NCBI RefSeq assembly: GCF_001677475.2
Contig: NZ_CP015229.1
Source of the DNA: Escherichia coli
Lineage (GTDB): Bacteria > Pseudomonadota > Gammaproteobacteria > Enterobacterales > Enterobacteriaceae
DNA: 64,000 bases
Reading direction: 5' to 3' (one strand)
Part shown: in pieces, positions 12,263-23,815 of the stretch
How the letters are laid out: each line of letters begins with the position of its first letter
Numbering within the stretch: position 1 is the first letter of the stretch
Translations under genes and position numbers: made by a program
The notes under the pieces: generated by a model
Database searches by the model: none
Told to the model about the DNA's origin: nothing
Seen by the model: only the letters and a program-made list of their open reading frames with translations

Positions 12263-13270
12263 GTGAAAAAGCAATGGATTGTTGGCACGGCGCTGCTTAT
12301 GTTGATGACTGGTAATGTCTGGGCAGATGGCGAACCACCAACTGAAAATATCTTAAAAGATCAATTCAAAAAGCAGTATCACGGCATTCTCAAGCTTGAT
12401 GCTATCACCTTAAAAAATCTTGATGCTAAGGGTAATCAGGCCACCTGGTCAGCGGAAGGCGATGTCTCTTCCAATGACGATCTCTATACCTGGGTCGGTC
12501 AGTTGGCAGATTACGAGCTGCTCGAACAGACCTGGACGAAAGATAAACCGGTAAAATTCTCGGCGATGTTAACCAGTAAAGGAACGCCCGCGTCTGGCTG
12601 GTCGGTGAACTTTTACTCTTTTCAGGCGGCAGCCAGCGATCGTGGGCGGGTGGTCGACGATATCAAAACGAATAATAAATATCTGATCGTGAATAGCGAA
12701 GATTTCAATTATCGCTTTAGTCAGCTTGAATCAGCGTTGAATACCCAGAAGAACTCGATTCCTGCGCTGGAAAAGGAAGTGAAAGCGCTTGATAAGCAAA
12801 TGGTGGCGGCGCAGAAAGCAGCGGATGCATATTGGGGAAAAGATGCAAACGGCAAGCAAATGACCCGCGAAGACGCCTTTAAAAAAATTCATCAACAGCG
12901 TGATGAGTTTAATAAACAGAACGATAGCGAGGCGTTTGCGGTTAAATATGACAAAGAGATTTATCAACCGGCGATTGCGGCATGTCATAAACAGAGTGAA
13001 GAGTGTTATGAAGTGCCGATTCAGCAGAAACGAGATTTCGATATCAACGAACAACGGCGACAGACTTTTCTGCAATCACAAAAAATTAGCCGTAAATTGC
13101 AGGATGACTGGGTAACGCTAGAAAAAAGGCAATATCCGTTAACGATGAAAGTTTCGGAAATAAACAGTAAAAAAGTCGCGATTTTGATGAAAATTGACGA
13201 TATCAATCAGGCTAATGAACGCTGGAAAAAAGATACCGAACAACTGCGGCGCAATGGGGTGATTAAGTAA
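12263..13270 (+). CDS. yggM: Periplasmic protein YggM (DUF1202)
   Basis: 335 aa, signal peptide MKKQWIVGTALLMLMTGNVWA; conserved neighbour of ansB. Confidence 0.85.
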   Translation: MKKQWIVGTALLMLMTGNVWADGEPPTENILKDQFKKQYHGILKLDAITLKNLDAKGNQATWSAEGDVSSNDDLYTWVGQLADYELLEQTWTKDKPVKFSAMLTSKGTPASGWSVNFYSFQAAASDRGRVVDDIKTNNKYLIVNSEDFNYRFSQLESALNTQKNSIPALEKEVKALDKQMVAAQKAADAYWGKDANGKQMTREDAFKKIHQQRDEFNKQNDSEAFAVKYDKEIYQPAIAACHKQSEECYEVPIQQKRDFDINEQRRQTFLQSQKISRKLQDDWVTLEKRQYPLTMKVSEINSKKVAILMKIDDINQANERWKKDTEQLRRNGVIK

Positions 13271-13287
13271 CTCATGTTAAGTGCCTT

Positions 13288-13327
13288 TGCCGGATAATAT
13301 AAAAGTTATCCGGCAAATTATTTTTTA
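13288..13327. terminator. Bidirectional hairpin terminator between convergent yggM and the TRAP permease gene
   Basis: tgccggataa-N9-ttatccggca followed by a T-run. Confidence 0.5.
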
Positions 13328-14046
13328 CATTAGCCCTAGTAGCTGTGGAATGAACAAGGATATTTGCGGAATGTAAGTGATCATCATCAACGCTACTAGC
13401 AATGCAGCATAAAATGGCAGCAATGGTTTGATTAAATGTTGAATCTTCACACCCGAGATAGAACAACCAACAAATAGCGCACTACCCACCGGCGGTGTTA
13501 ACAGCCCAATACAAAGGTTGGCCACCATCATAATACCGAAATGTACAGGGTCCATTCTCAGCTCTTGTGCAATCGGCAAGAAGATCGGTGTAAAGATTAG
13601 TACAGCCGGTGTCATGTCCATAAAGATGCCGACAATTAATAAGACGATATTAATCAGCAGCAATATGATCAGTGGGTTATCAGAAATCCCCATCAACGCG
13701 TCGCTGATCATATAAGGAATATCAGCATTGGTCATTGCCCAGGACATGCCCACGGAAAAACCGATCAACAGTAATACAATCGAAGTGGTAACAACCGATT
13801 CCAGAATCAGTTTGGGTAAGTCGCGCCATTTTACTTCCCGGTAAATCAGCACCGAGAGAATAAATGTGTAGACAACGGCAATTGCTGACGCTTCAGTTGC
13901 GGTAAAAATGCCGCCCAGAATGCCGCCCATCACAATGAACACCAGAAGCAAACTTGGTAGGGCATCCAGAAACGCTTTACAGGCCTGAGCAAAGGTTGCT
14001 CTTTCTGAAAGTGGGTAACCACGGCGTTTAGCAATAATGGCGCAGA
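13325..14046 (-). pseudogene. TRAP transporter large permease (DctM-like), 5'-truncated by the IS66-family insertion
   Basis: Minus-strand ORF encodes only the C-terminal ~208 aa of a DctM-type permease (...LTPPVGSALFVGCSISGVKIQHLIKPLLPF...); the N-terminal half is missing and the reading frame runs into the IS66 terminus at about 14047. Confidence 0.7.
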
Positions 14047-14076
14047 GTAAGCGTCAACGGAGCACCGTATTGACGC

Positions 14077-15669
14077 TTATTTATTGGTGAGAACCACGTT
14101 CCATGGCAGGAGTTCGTCAACACGGTTGGAGGGCCATTCCGGCAGTACGCTCAGAATATGGCGCAGATACGCTTCCGGATCGATACCGTTCAGACGGCAG
14201 GTGCCGATCAGCCCGTATAGCAGTGCACCACGCTCGCCACCGTGATCGCTACCGAAGAACACGTAATTTTTCTTTCCAAGACAGACTGCACGAAGCGCTC
14301 TTTCCGCTGTGTTATTGTCCGTCTCCGCCAGTCCGTCATCACTGTAATAACAGAGGGCGTCCCACTGATTCAGTACATAGCTGAACGCTTCGCCCAGTCT
14401 GGATTTTTTCGACAGCGTGCCATTCTTCTCCACCATCCATTCATGCAGCGACGTCAGTAACGCTTTGCTTCGCTGCTGTCTGACTGCAAGACGCTCTGAC
14501 TCTGGTAATCCCCGTATTTCATCCTCGATGGCGTACAGTTCACTGATTCGCTTCAGGGCTTCTTCTGCCGTCGCACTTTTGCTGCTGATGTATACATCGT
14601 GGATTTTTCTCCGGGCATGGGCCCAGCACGCAACTTCTGTCAGCGCACCACCTTCACGTTCTGCACTGAACAGCCTGTCATAACCTGTGAACGCATCCGC
14701 CTGCAGGATACCCCGGAAGGGGCGGAGGTGTTGCTCCGGGTGTTTCCCCTGCCGGTTCGGTGAGTACGCGAACCAGACCGCCGGAGGAGATGACGAACCC
14801 GCATTGCGATCATCCCGGACATACGTCCAGATGCGCCCTGTTTTCGTCTTTTTCAAGCCCGGTGCCAGTACCTTTACCGGTGTGTCGTCAGTGTGAAGCT
14901 TGCGGGTATTCATCACATAACGGTACAGGGCATCATTCAGCGGCATCATTAACTGGCAGCACGCGTCAACCCAGTTGGAGAGTAATGCACGGCTCAGTTC
15001 GACACCCTGTCGGGCAAAGATTTCACTCTGACGATACAGTGGCAGGTGTTCGCAGTATTTTCCCGTTAACACGCGGGCAAGTAATCCGGGGCCCGCGATA
15101 CCACGCTCTATCGGGCGGGACGGCGCCGGTGCTTCAATGATGCAGTCACATTTTGTACAGGCTTTTTTTACCCGTTCTGTGCGGATCACTTTCAGGGCGC
15201 TGCTCACCAGTTCCAGCTGCTCAGTACTGACTTCCCCCAGATAATCCAGCTCGCCGCCACATTCCGGGCAACAACTTTCTTCAGACTCCAGACGGTGTAT
15301 TTCACGGGGAAGGTGTGCCGGTAACGGACGACGATGGCGCGACTGTCGCAACTGGCGGGGAACCTGTGGATCGTCTTCCCGCCCACTGTAACGATCGCTG
15401 TCCTGTTCGCGTTGTTTCAGCAGGGCCTCAGCCTGTTCAACTTCACGACGCAGTTTTTCAGAACGGGTACCGAACAGCATCCGGCGCAGTTTTTCTATCT
15501 GAGCCCGCAGATGTTCTATTTCCCGTTCATCTTCTTCGATCTTTTCTTCGGCACGTGCCAGTGCAGAGCGCAGGAAGGCCTCCGTCTCTTCAACCAGACT
15601 CAGTTGCTGGTCTTTCTGACGGAGCTGGCTTTCCAGTTCTGCAATGCGAATGAGGTATTTCTGACTCAT
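14077..15669 (-). CDS. IS66-family transposase TnpC
   Basis: 530 aa with N-terminal coiled coil/leucine zipper, CxxC zinc-finger motifs (CPECGGEL, CTKCDC) and the DDE core region typical of IS66 TnpC. Confidence 0.9.
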   Translation of the reverse strand: MSQKYLIRIAELESQLRQKDQQLSLVEETEAFLRSALARAEEKIEEDEREIEHLRAQIEKLRRMLFGTRSEKLRREVEQAEALLKQREQDSDRYSGREDDPQVPRQLRQSRHRRPLPAHLPREIHRLESEESCCPECGGELDYLGEVSTEQLELVSSALKVIRTERVKKACTKCDCIIEAPAPSRPIERGIAGPGLLARVLTGKYCEHLPLYRQSEIFARQGVELSRALLSNWVDACCQLMMPLNDALYRYVMNTRKLHTDDTPVKVLAPGLKKTKTGRIWTYVRDDRNAGSSSPPAVWFAYSPNRQGKHPEQHLRPFRGILQADAFTGYDRLFSAEREGGALTEVACWAHARRKIHDVYISSKSATAEEALKRISELYAIEDEIRGLPESERLAVRQQRSKALLTSLHEWMVEKNGTLSKKSRLGEAFSYVLNQWDALCYYSDDGLAETDNNTAERALRAVCLGKKNYVFFGSDHGGERGALLYGLIGTCRLNGIDPEAYLRHILSVLPEWPSNRVDELLPWNVVLTNK

Positions 15670-15699
15670 GGCCGTTTTTATAATGCGGCCAGGCGTTTT

Positions 15700-16050
15700 T
15701 TACAACATTGTCAGGGCGTTAAGGCGGGATGTTTTTGGCTGACGCCAGTCCAGCTTATCGAGGAGCATTGCCAGTTGCGAGCGGGTAATGGATACCTTAC
15801 CGTCACGCACCGCAGGCCAGATAAACTGGCCTTCCTCCAGGCGTTTGGTGAACAGGCACAGACCATCAGCATCAGCCCAAAGAATTTTAACGGTGTCACC
15901 CCGTCGGCCACGGAAGATAAACAGGTGACCGGAGAAGGGATTAACATTTAACACATGCTGTACCTGTTCACCCAGCCCGTTGAAAGACTTACGCATATCG
16001 GTTATCCCGGCAACGAGCCAGATACGGGTACCGGATGGGAGTGAGATCAT
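15700..16050 (-). CDS. IS66-family accessory protein TnpB (Orf2)
   Basis: 116-aa ORF MISLPSGTRIWLVAGITDMRKSFNGLGEQVQHV...; stop overlaps the upstream orf1. Confidence 0.85.
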   Translation of the reverse strand: MISLPSGTRIWLVAGITDMRKSFNGLGEQVQHVLNVNPFSGHLFIFRGRRGDTVKILWADADGLCLFTKRLEEGQFIWPAVRDGKVSITRSQLAMLLDKLDWRQPKTSRLNALTML

Positions 16051-16466
16051 CTTCCCCTCCCGGTCAGTTCACGAATCAATACAGTGAGCAGCTCTGGTGA
16101 AGGATTTTCCAGCGTCATGTTACCGTGACGGAACTCCACCTTGCAGGAGCTGGCACTGACAGTAGTCTGAGTGGATAAGGGCGGAGTAAGAGCAGCCATC
16201 GGTTCTTTCGGCTCATCAGAGGTTATCTCTACAGGTAATAATTCAAGGCCTGCATCAGAAGTGGTTGTCACCGGAAGACGCCGTGATATACGCCCTTCGT
16301 TTTGCCAGAGTCTGAGCCATTTGAAAATAACATTATCATTGACGCCATTTTCTCGTGCAATCTGAGCCACACAAGCACCGGGTTGTGATGCCAGTTCAAC
16401 CATACGAAGTTTGAATTCATTCGAATACTTTTTACGAGGTTCTTTTCGCCAGTCCTGTAATTCCAT
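16047..16466 (-). CDS. IS66-family Orf1 (TnpA, HTH protein)
   Basis: 139-aa ORF MELQDWRKEPRKKYSNEFKLRMVELASQPGACVAQIARENGVN..., transposase_8-like HTH. Confidence 0.8.
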   Translation of the reverse strand: MELQDWRKEPRKKYSNEFKLRMVELASQPGACVAQIARENGVNDNVIFKWLRLWQNEGRISRRLPVTTTSDAGLELLPVEITSDEPKEPMAALTPPLSTQTTVSASSCKVEFRHGNMTLENPSPELLTVLIRELTGRGR

Positions 16467-16551
16467 ACTTAGATGTCCGTCTGTGTCAGATGGGCGTCTA
16501 AGTTACCAATTCTTGTCTAATGGCTACATACGGCGGTCGGTTTACGCTTAC

Positions 16552-16880
16552 CGCTGGCCTACACGCAGCGGCTTAAGGAAGCCGGATTACTGGCATCAAC
16601 AGGGAGTACTGGTGACTCGTATGACAACGCGATGGCGGAGAGCATCAATGGTCTTTACAAAGCGGAGGTAATACACCGTAAGAGCTGGAAAAACCGGACA
16701 GAAGTGGAACTGGCCACACTAACGTGGGTGGACTGGTATAACAATCGACGATTGCTGGAAAGGCTGGGCCATATTCCTCCGGCAGAAGCAGAAAAAGCTT
16801 ATTATGCTTCCATCGGAAATAATGATCTGGCAGCCTGAGTTCACAGATAAAATACTCTCCAGGAAACCCGGGGCGGTTCA
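16552..16880 (+). pseudogene. 3' remnant of an IS3-family element (IS629/IS3-group-like): OrfB C-terminus plus right inverted repeat
   Basis: Encodes ...YDNAMAESINGLYKAEVIHRKSWKNRTEVELATLTWVDWYNNRRLLERLGHIPPAEAEKAYYA, then ...actctccaggaaacccggggcggttca (complement of the IS3-type TGAACCGCCCCGGG terminus). The 5' part is replaced by the IS66 element. Confidence 0.7.
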
Positions 16881-17682
16881 TTCCGCCGGTGATGGCTGTG
16901 TCAGAAACTGCCATCCCGGAATGGCCACGCAGACCGCCAGCAATGCCGTACAGACACCTGTAACAAACGTTTTCAAAAACGTGAGCGGGGATTTTTGAAG
17001 GAAGAGTGTGGGCTCTGTTTTTGTTTCAGAAACAACATACACCAGACGGGAGTGCGGCAGGGTCTGATGTTCCTGCACATCCGGAGCTTCAAGCCTGAGT
17101 GCCTGCGCCAGTAGCGTTACCGGAGACGATACTTCCCCCTGCACAGGCTGGTTCTCCAGGCGGGTGATATATCCCTTCACCATGGCTTCCGGTAAAGCCA
17201 CTTTACTGCTCTGTTTAAGTTCGTGCCAAGCCTGCGTATTTTCATGGAAGGAGATCACTCAGTGTCTTCAGGAATGTTTCGGTCTGATACAGCAGGGGCA
17301 GGTTGCCACGGTTATCCGGAGGCATGGCCCGGAGCGTTTTTTGCAGACGGTTGAACAGACCGGTAATAATTTCCAGCCGGGAGTGTGTATTCAGCGGCCA
17401 CATCACTGACCAGTGATGCCGGGTCAGCGCAGCAATCAGAGCCAGCCCTTCATTCAGACCACTTAACCCTGTTGTATGCATCCGGGCAATGGTGTACCAG
17501 GATGCCGTCTGTAATTCCACACCATTGTGTTCATACAGACGCAGGCAGAGCGTTTCCACGTAACGCCAGTCCACATCAGGGCGTGCCGGGTGGGTCAGTT
17601 TGCTGATTTCATCGCGCAGGGCAGCATAATCCGGTAATGACCGGGGGTCACCACCGGTTTTCAGTTTCACTTCAGAAGTCAT
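16878..17682 (-). pseudogene. ImpA_N-domain protein (type VI secretion-associated TssA/VasJ-like), frameshifted and 3'-truncated
   Basis: Two overlapping minus-strand ORFs (17682-17242 and 17258-16878). The first carries an ImpA_N-like signature (GGDPRSLPDYAALRDEISKL...DVDWRYVETLCLRLYEHNGVELQTASWYTIARMHTTGLSGLNEGLALIAAL). The frame is broken near 17250 and ends at the IS3 remnant. Confidence 0.5.
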
Positions 17683-18075
17683 CGGCAGATTCAGTGTTTA
17701 GGTATTAAACCATTGTTAATTATAGGGAGAGAGTCAGTGCGATACCGTTACCCAGGAAAGGTATTCCACTGCGCAGATGATTGCCGGTGTCACATCCCAC
17801 CGCCGTTTCAGAACCGGTAACAGCTCATTAAGGTTTCTGATATAACGCTCAGTGAAAACCGGACTGATTACAGGTAATGGTGATATGACAGGTATCGTTG
17901 CCAATATACACGGCTTCCAGAGGTATGAATCTTACATTCCAGTACCAGGAGTACGGCGAGTGGTTCAGATGAAAAAGACGCATCTGAATATCGTTAAATA
18001 ACGGGTTCATGGCGAATTAAATAAACCTGATAATAACAGTATGGGGAAAGTCCGGAATAAAGAAATGGTCCGGTA

Positions 18076-19863
<1,788 letters not shown>

Positions 19864-20055
19864 AAACGCACCTTAATCTGTGAACAAAAAAATAATCACC
19901 ACCGACACCCACGACGTTATATCGTGGGTGTCGTTTTATTCAGAAATAAAAAACAGAATCATTAACATGACCGGAATACTGTGAACCATGCTGCAGGATA
20001 TCTGCAGATATCCCTCCTGTTATATCCGGCCGGAATAAAATCAGAACACTGATTG

Positions 20056-21300
20056 TCAGGCAGCTTCATTTTCCGCGTACTCCAGACTCTGCAGATACTG
20101 CAGCGCCGCCGGATCAGCCACATATTCCACCTGCCCGTGGTGACGCTCCACTTCATTAATGATTCTCTCAAGTTTCACGCGGAAAAATTCTTTACGCAGG
20201 TTAATCCTGTTAATGCGGTATTTTTCCAGACTGTCATGAAGTGTTTTTTCCAGCGCGGGCGCATCATCACAGGAAATCATGGCGTGAACATCAAAATCAA
20301 ACGGAACAGAAGCACCACTTAACTCTTTGACCCTGTCCATGGGTTCCAGCCGTCGGGTCATACCAATTTTAAAGACATCCTCACCAAACGAACCAATATT
20401 CGAAATGATATAAACATGCCCCTGTTTCGTAAGCTGAGCCATGGATTTAGCACGTTCATACTGCGCATGCGCTTCCTGAATTTTCTGTTCCAGCGCCAGG
20501 CGTTGTTTCTCTAACGCCTCCCTGTGAGCCCCTTCTGCTGCACGCAGCGCCTCTTCAATCAGTTTCTGCTGCTCAGCAAGACGCCGTTCTTCCTCTTCCG
20601 CTTCCCGCTGGCGCCGGTCAAGTTCATCCTGACGCTCTTTTTCTTCACGCATCTGACGCTTAAGCTCTGCCTGATATTCCTTTTCTTCCTGCGCTTTTTC
20701 CAGTAATGCCACTTTGTCCAGAAACTGTTGCCTGACACTCTCCCAGTCAGAATTATCTTCCAGGTTAAGAAAGGCTATTTTCTCACTGACAGCAGCGTAA
20801 GCCTCTCTTTCCTTACGAAGCTGATCATATTTGTTTTGCCAGTTATTAATCGTTACACCAGCCAGCAGAGTTTTCGCCTTAAATTTCCAGGCGGAATCAA
20901 CAATCCGTTGCATTGCACGGCTGGCCTTCTGTCTGGCGGTATGAAACTCCTCACGACGTCTGGCAAGTTGCTTCTTTTCCTGTCGTATTCCCCGGGCTAT
21001 CGCGGCATTGACAGTTTCATTAAAATCCCGCTCCCTCTGAACCAGCTCCGAAACGGCCTGCTCAAAGGCTGCTGTTTTCTTTCTGAGTCTCCGGTAAATA
21101 AAAAAACGAAGTAAAATTGCAAATACAGTAAGCAAACCAAAAAACAAACCAATAATACCTGCCGGATTCGATACTGCATCAATAAAGCGCTCATTAAGAT
21201 TTATCAGCGCCCTGACCGCCACATAAATCCCCCAGAGAATAACGCAAATTAAAATCAGGACAAATCCCGCTGCATTATCATCTTTTTTTCTTCCTGCCAT
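20056..21300 (-). CDS. Membrane-anchored coiled-coil protein with C-terminal T5orf172 (GIY-YIG-like) domain (DUF4041/T5orf172 architecture); candidate defence effector
   Basis: 414 aa. Two N-terminal hydrophobic helices (FVLILICVILWGIYVAV, IIGLFFGLLTVFAILLRFFIY), a ~220-aa charged coiled coil (E/K/R/Q-rich), and a C-terminal domain GHVYIISNIGSFGEDVFKIGMTRRLEPMDRVKEL...FDFDVHAMI matching the T5orf172/GIY-YIG-like fold. Confidence 0.7.
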   Translation of the reverse strand: MAGRKKDDNAAGFVLILICVILWGIYVAVRALINLNERFIDAVSNPAGIIGLFFGLLTVFAILLRFFIYRRLRKKTAAFEQAVSELVQRERDFNETVNAAIARGIRQEKKQLARRREEFHTARQKASRAMQRIVDSAWKFKAKTLLAGVTINNWQNKYDQLRKEREAYAAVSEKIAFLNLEDNSDWESVRQQFLDKVALLEKAQEEKEYQAELKRQMREEKERQDELDRRQREAEEEERRLAEQQKLIEEALRAAEGAHREALEKQRLALEQKIQEAHAQYERAKSMAQLTKQGHVYIISNIGSFGEDVFKIGMTRRLEPMDRVKELSGASVPFDFDVHAMISCDDAPALEKTLHDSLEKYRINRINLRKEFFRVKLERIINEVERHHGQVEYVADPAALQYLQSLEYAENEAA

Positions 21301-21455
21301 GACTTTCCTTTATTTTCCTTCTCAGTAACTGAATATTTATGATTAACGCCCTCCGGAAATATTTATACCCGGAAGGTTGTCCGGCTTTATGATGCCCGCC
21401 ACTACAGAATTAACTGCAGGCTGAGCACAGATTCCTCTGCTATTTCAGTGTCAGA

Positions 21456-21857
21456 TTAATACTGATTACCGGAACAAATGGGCAGATGCGTAAATCCGGG
21501 TTTGCTGGCCATATAAAGCGGCGCACAGGTGGGTTTACGGGGTTCAGTGACCGGTACAGCCTCATTTTTCTCAGCCACCGACGGTTGTGACACCTTCCGG
21601 GCAGCCGCTGATTTTTTCTTCTGAACCGGCTTAGTGGCGACTGGTGATTTCACCTGACGTCTGGCGGGTGCCACGCCATAACCGGAACAAAAGCGCTTCG
21701 ACTGACTCAGACTTCCGTCATTGCAGACAAAACGTCCGTCCGACGTGCAGTGTGAAATACCACCTTTAGCACCCGAGCAAGGCTTTCTTCCCCGTGCTGC
21801 ATCTGCCTGAACAGAAAATAAAATACCTGCTAACAGAAGATATATAAATTTATTCAA
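21456..21857 (-). CDS. Small secreted cysteine-containing hypothetical protein
   Basis: 133 aa with a clear signal peptide (MNKFIYLLLAGILFSVQADA) and a lysine/proline-rich C-terminal half; no family recognised. Confidence 0.45.
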   Translation of the reverse strand: MNKFIYLLLAGILFSVQADAARGRKPCSGAKGGISHCTSDGRFVCNDGSLSQSKRFCSGYGVAPARRQVKSPVATKPVQKKKSAAARKVSQPSVAEKNEAVPVTEPRKPTCAPLYMASKPGFTHLPICSGNQY

Positions 21858-23056
21858 TCGAATATCCCCGAATAATCATTTAGCATTTTTAACTATTAAA
21901 TTTACAGAGTTTCGGTCAATTCCTGCATCTTCACCACCTGGCTCAACTTTCTCCTTGTTCGTTGCACCAGGCCAGTTCCTTACCCGGATCAGGTTATTTG
22001 TTTTCGTAAGTATTGCCTCCGCTCAGCAACCTGAAGAGATAAAAGCAATAATAATGCAGAAATCAGCATCCGGGATAAAAAAGACCGATGGTTCCAGTAT
22101 GAGTTTTGCGCTTCAGATACTACGCACCTGCAACATGCTTTTTAGCAAAATAAAAACCTTTTGTTCATTGTATATCAACAATTGTCCAGCAACCTCCTGT
22201 CGATGCCTCCCACCATTTTTGCAATGGCACGCTACCGCCCTCCCGGAATTTACCTGCGTCAACAGGCACCAGAGCCCTGAGCAAAAAATAAACCATTTTC
22301 GACTGATTTAAATTTGACCATTATGGAATAATGATCAACAAAACATTAATATTACAGATATATCGAACAATACAACAGCAGCATACTGCTTATTATTCTG
22401 ACAATGATCACAAAACCAAAACACCGGTCAGCCCACTGATTTTGTTGCTGAACCCGGTATATCCACCGGTTTTCCACAGCCCGGGAGGAAGAGAGCATCA
22501 TAAGGCGTGATAGTGCCTCCGAACTCCACGGCTCCCTGAAAGCCCCCACCGGACTGCCATCCGGTATCAGCAGAAACTTTTCCGCAAATTAATAAAGAAA
22601 GAGAAAAGACAATAATAAGTAAAATATCAATTACAGCATCCTGACGCACATCCACTCCCCTCTGAGACTCCTTCACCTGTATTATTCACTCGTGGTGAAA
22701 TTTCTTTTATTTTTCTGTAAACCTCACTGAAGTCATCTTCCACCATTACATGACCTTCAATTCCCCTGATATGAAGTTCACAAAAAATACCTTTCTGAAC
22801 GACGAAACTGATATCTTTTATATTCACCAGAAGATTTCGCCCCTGCCTGCTGACAAAGTGAATAAACACGTCTGCCACTCAACACAAAAACATGAACAAA
22901 AGAATAAAAAACAAAAAAAGTCGAAGTTAAGAAGAAAAACTCTGCCGGAGTCTGAAAAATGCGATGTGGCACATCATTTGTCAGAAATAAAATGAAATTA
23001 CTTAAATGTATTTAATTTTATTTTTCAGGAGTGACTTACTGATTACACAGCTGGCG

Positions 23057-23815
23057 TTACCTGTACTCACAACAAAATGTATCCACTTTTTCCGGTCTGC
23101 CGAAATAAAACCCCTGCAGATAATCCACCCCCATAGAGCACAGACAGTTCACCTGCGCCTGTGTTTCCACACCTTCTGCCACCGTATCAATACCCAGCTT
23201 TCCTGCCAGCCCGACAATACTTTCCACGATATGCCGGGATGTCTTTTCACTCAGAATGTCCTGTGTGAAGCTTCTGTCCATTTTTATATAACTGACCGGG
23301 AAGTGCTTCAGGTACGACAGTACGGAACATCCGGTTCCGAAATCATCCAGCGCAAATGCCACTCCGGCATCACTCAGCCGGCTCAGTTTCTCTTCGGTCT
23401 GTCTGTCCATGTTAAACGGCTGCTGCTCCGTCAGCTCCAGAACCAGATGTATGCTGTCATGCCCTGCCAGCGCCAGACACATCTGAGTGAACTCACGCTC
23501 AGCCAGCAGGGCCGGCGTCACGTTCACGGCAAGCCGGAAACCACGCGGCAGCATGGCTTTAACCTCCGAAAGCCCTGCCACCGCACGGTTCAGGATTTTT
23601 TCCGTCACAGGCAACAACAGACCGGCAGATTCCACCCGGTTAATGAAATATGCCGGCGGAAGGATTTCTCCCGTCGGCATATGCCAGCGAACCAGAAGCT
23701 CTGCACCGGACATAGTAAGGTTGGATGCAGAAACCACCGGCTGGAGATACGGTTCAAACTCCCCGTTACTGAGCGCACGCATCAGTCTGTCTGCGGATAC
23801 AAAATCACTGTCCAT
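23057..23815 (-). CDS. EAL-domain c-di-GMP phosphodiesterase (stand-alone, MrkJ-like)
   Basis: 252 aa with conserved EAL-domain residues: E of the EAL motif in GAELLVRW, NVTP, ELTEQ, DDFGTG, KMD, EGVETQAQ, QGFYFGRP. Confidence 0.85.
   Translation of the reverse strand: MDSDFVSADRLMRALSNGEFEPYLQPVVSASNLTMSGAELLVRWHMPTGEILPPAYFINRVESAGLLLPVTEKILNRAVAGLSEVKAMLPRGFRLAVNVTPALLAEREFTQMCLALAGHDSIHLVLELTEQQPFNMDRQTEEKLSRLSDAGVAFALDDFGTGCSVLSYLKHFPVSYIKMDRSFTQDILSEKTSRHIVESIVGLAGKLGIDTVAEGVETQAQVNCLCSMGVDYLQGFYFGRPEKVDTFCCEYR

Larger units (their letters stand above)
14047..16551 (-). mobile_element. IS66-family insertion sequence (about 2.5 kb, three ORFs tnpA-tnpB-tnpC)
   Basis: Terminal inverted repeats starting GTAAGCG at both ends (gtaagcgtcaacgg... 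at 14047; ...ccgaccgtttacgcttac read inward from 16551), enclosing the three typical IS66 ORFs. The 8 bp flanking the two ends do not match (no target-site duplication). Confidence 0.85.

Noticed and set aside
17760-18013. 53-aa minus-strand ORF (MNPLFNDIQMRLFHLNHSPYSWYWNV...) upstream of the ImpA_N pseudogene
   Set aside because: Below the ORF-track size threshold, no recognisable family and no clear ribosome-binding site.
22627-22878. 83-aa minus-strand ORF downstream of the EAL gene, considered as a small PilZ-type c-di-GMP receptor (MrkH analogue)
   Set aside because: It has RQGR (RxxR) rather than the PilZ RxxxR motif and no proper DxSxxG motif; the region is AT-rich and more likely a terminator/intergenic stretch.
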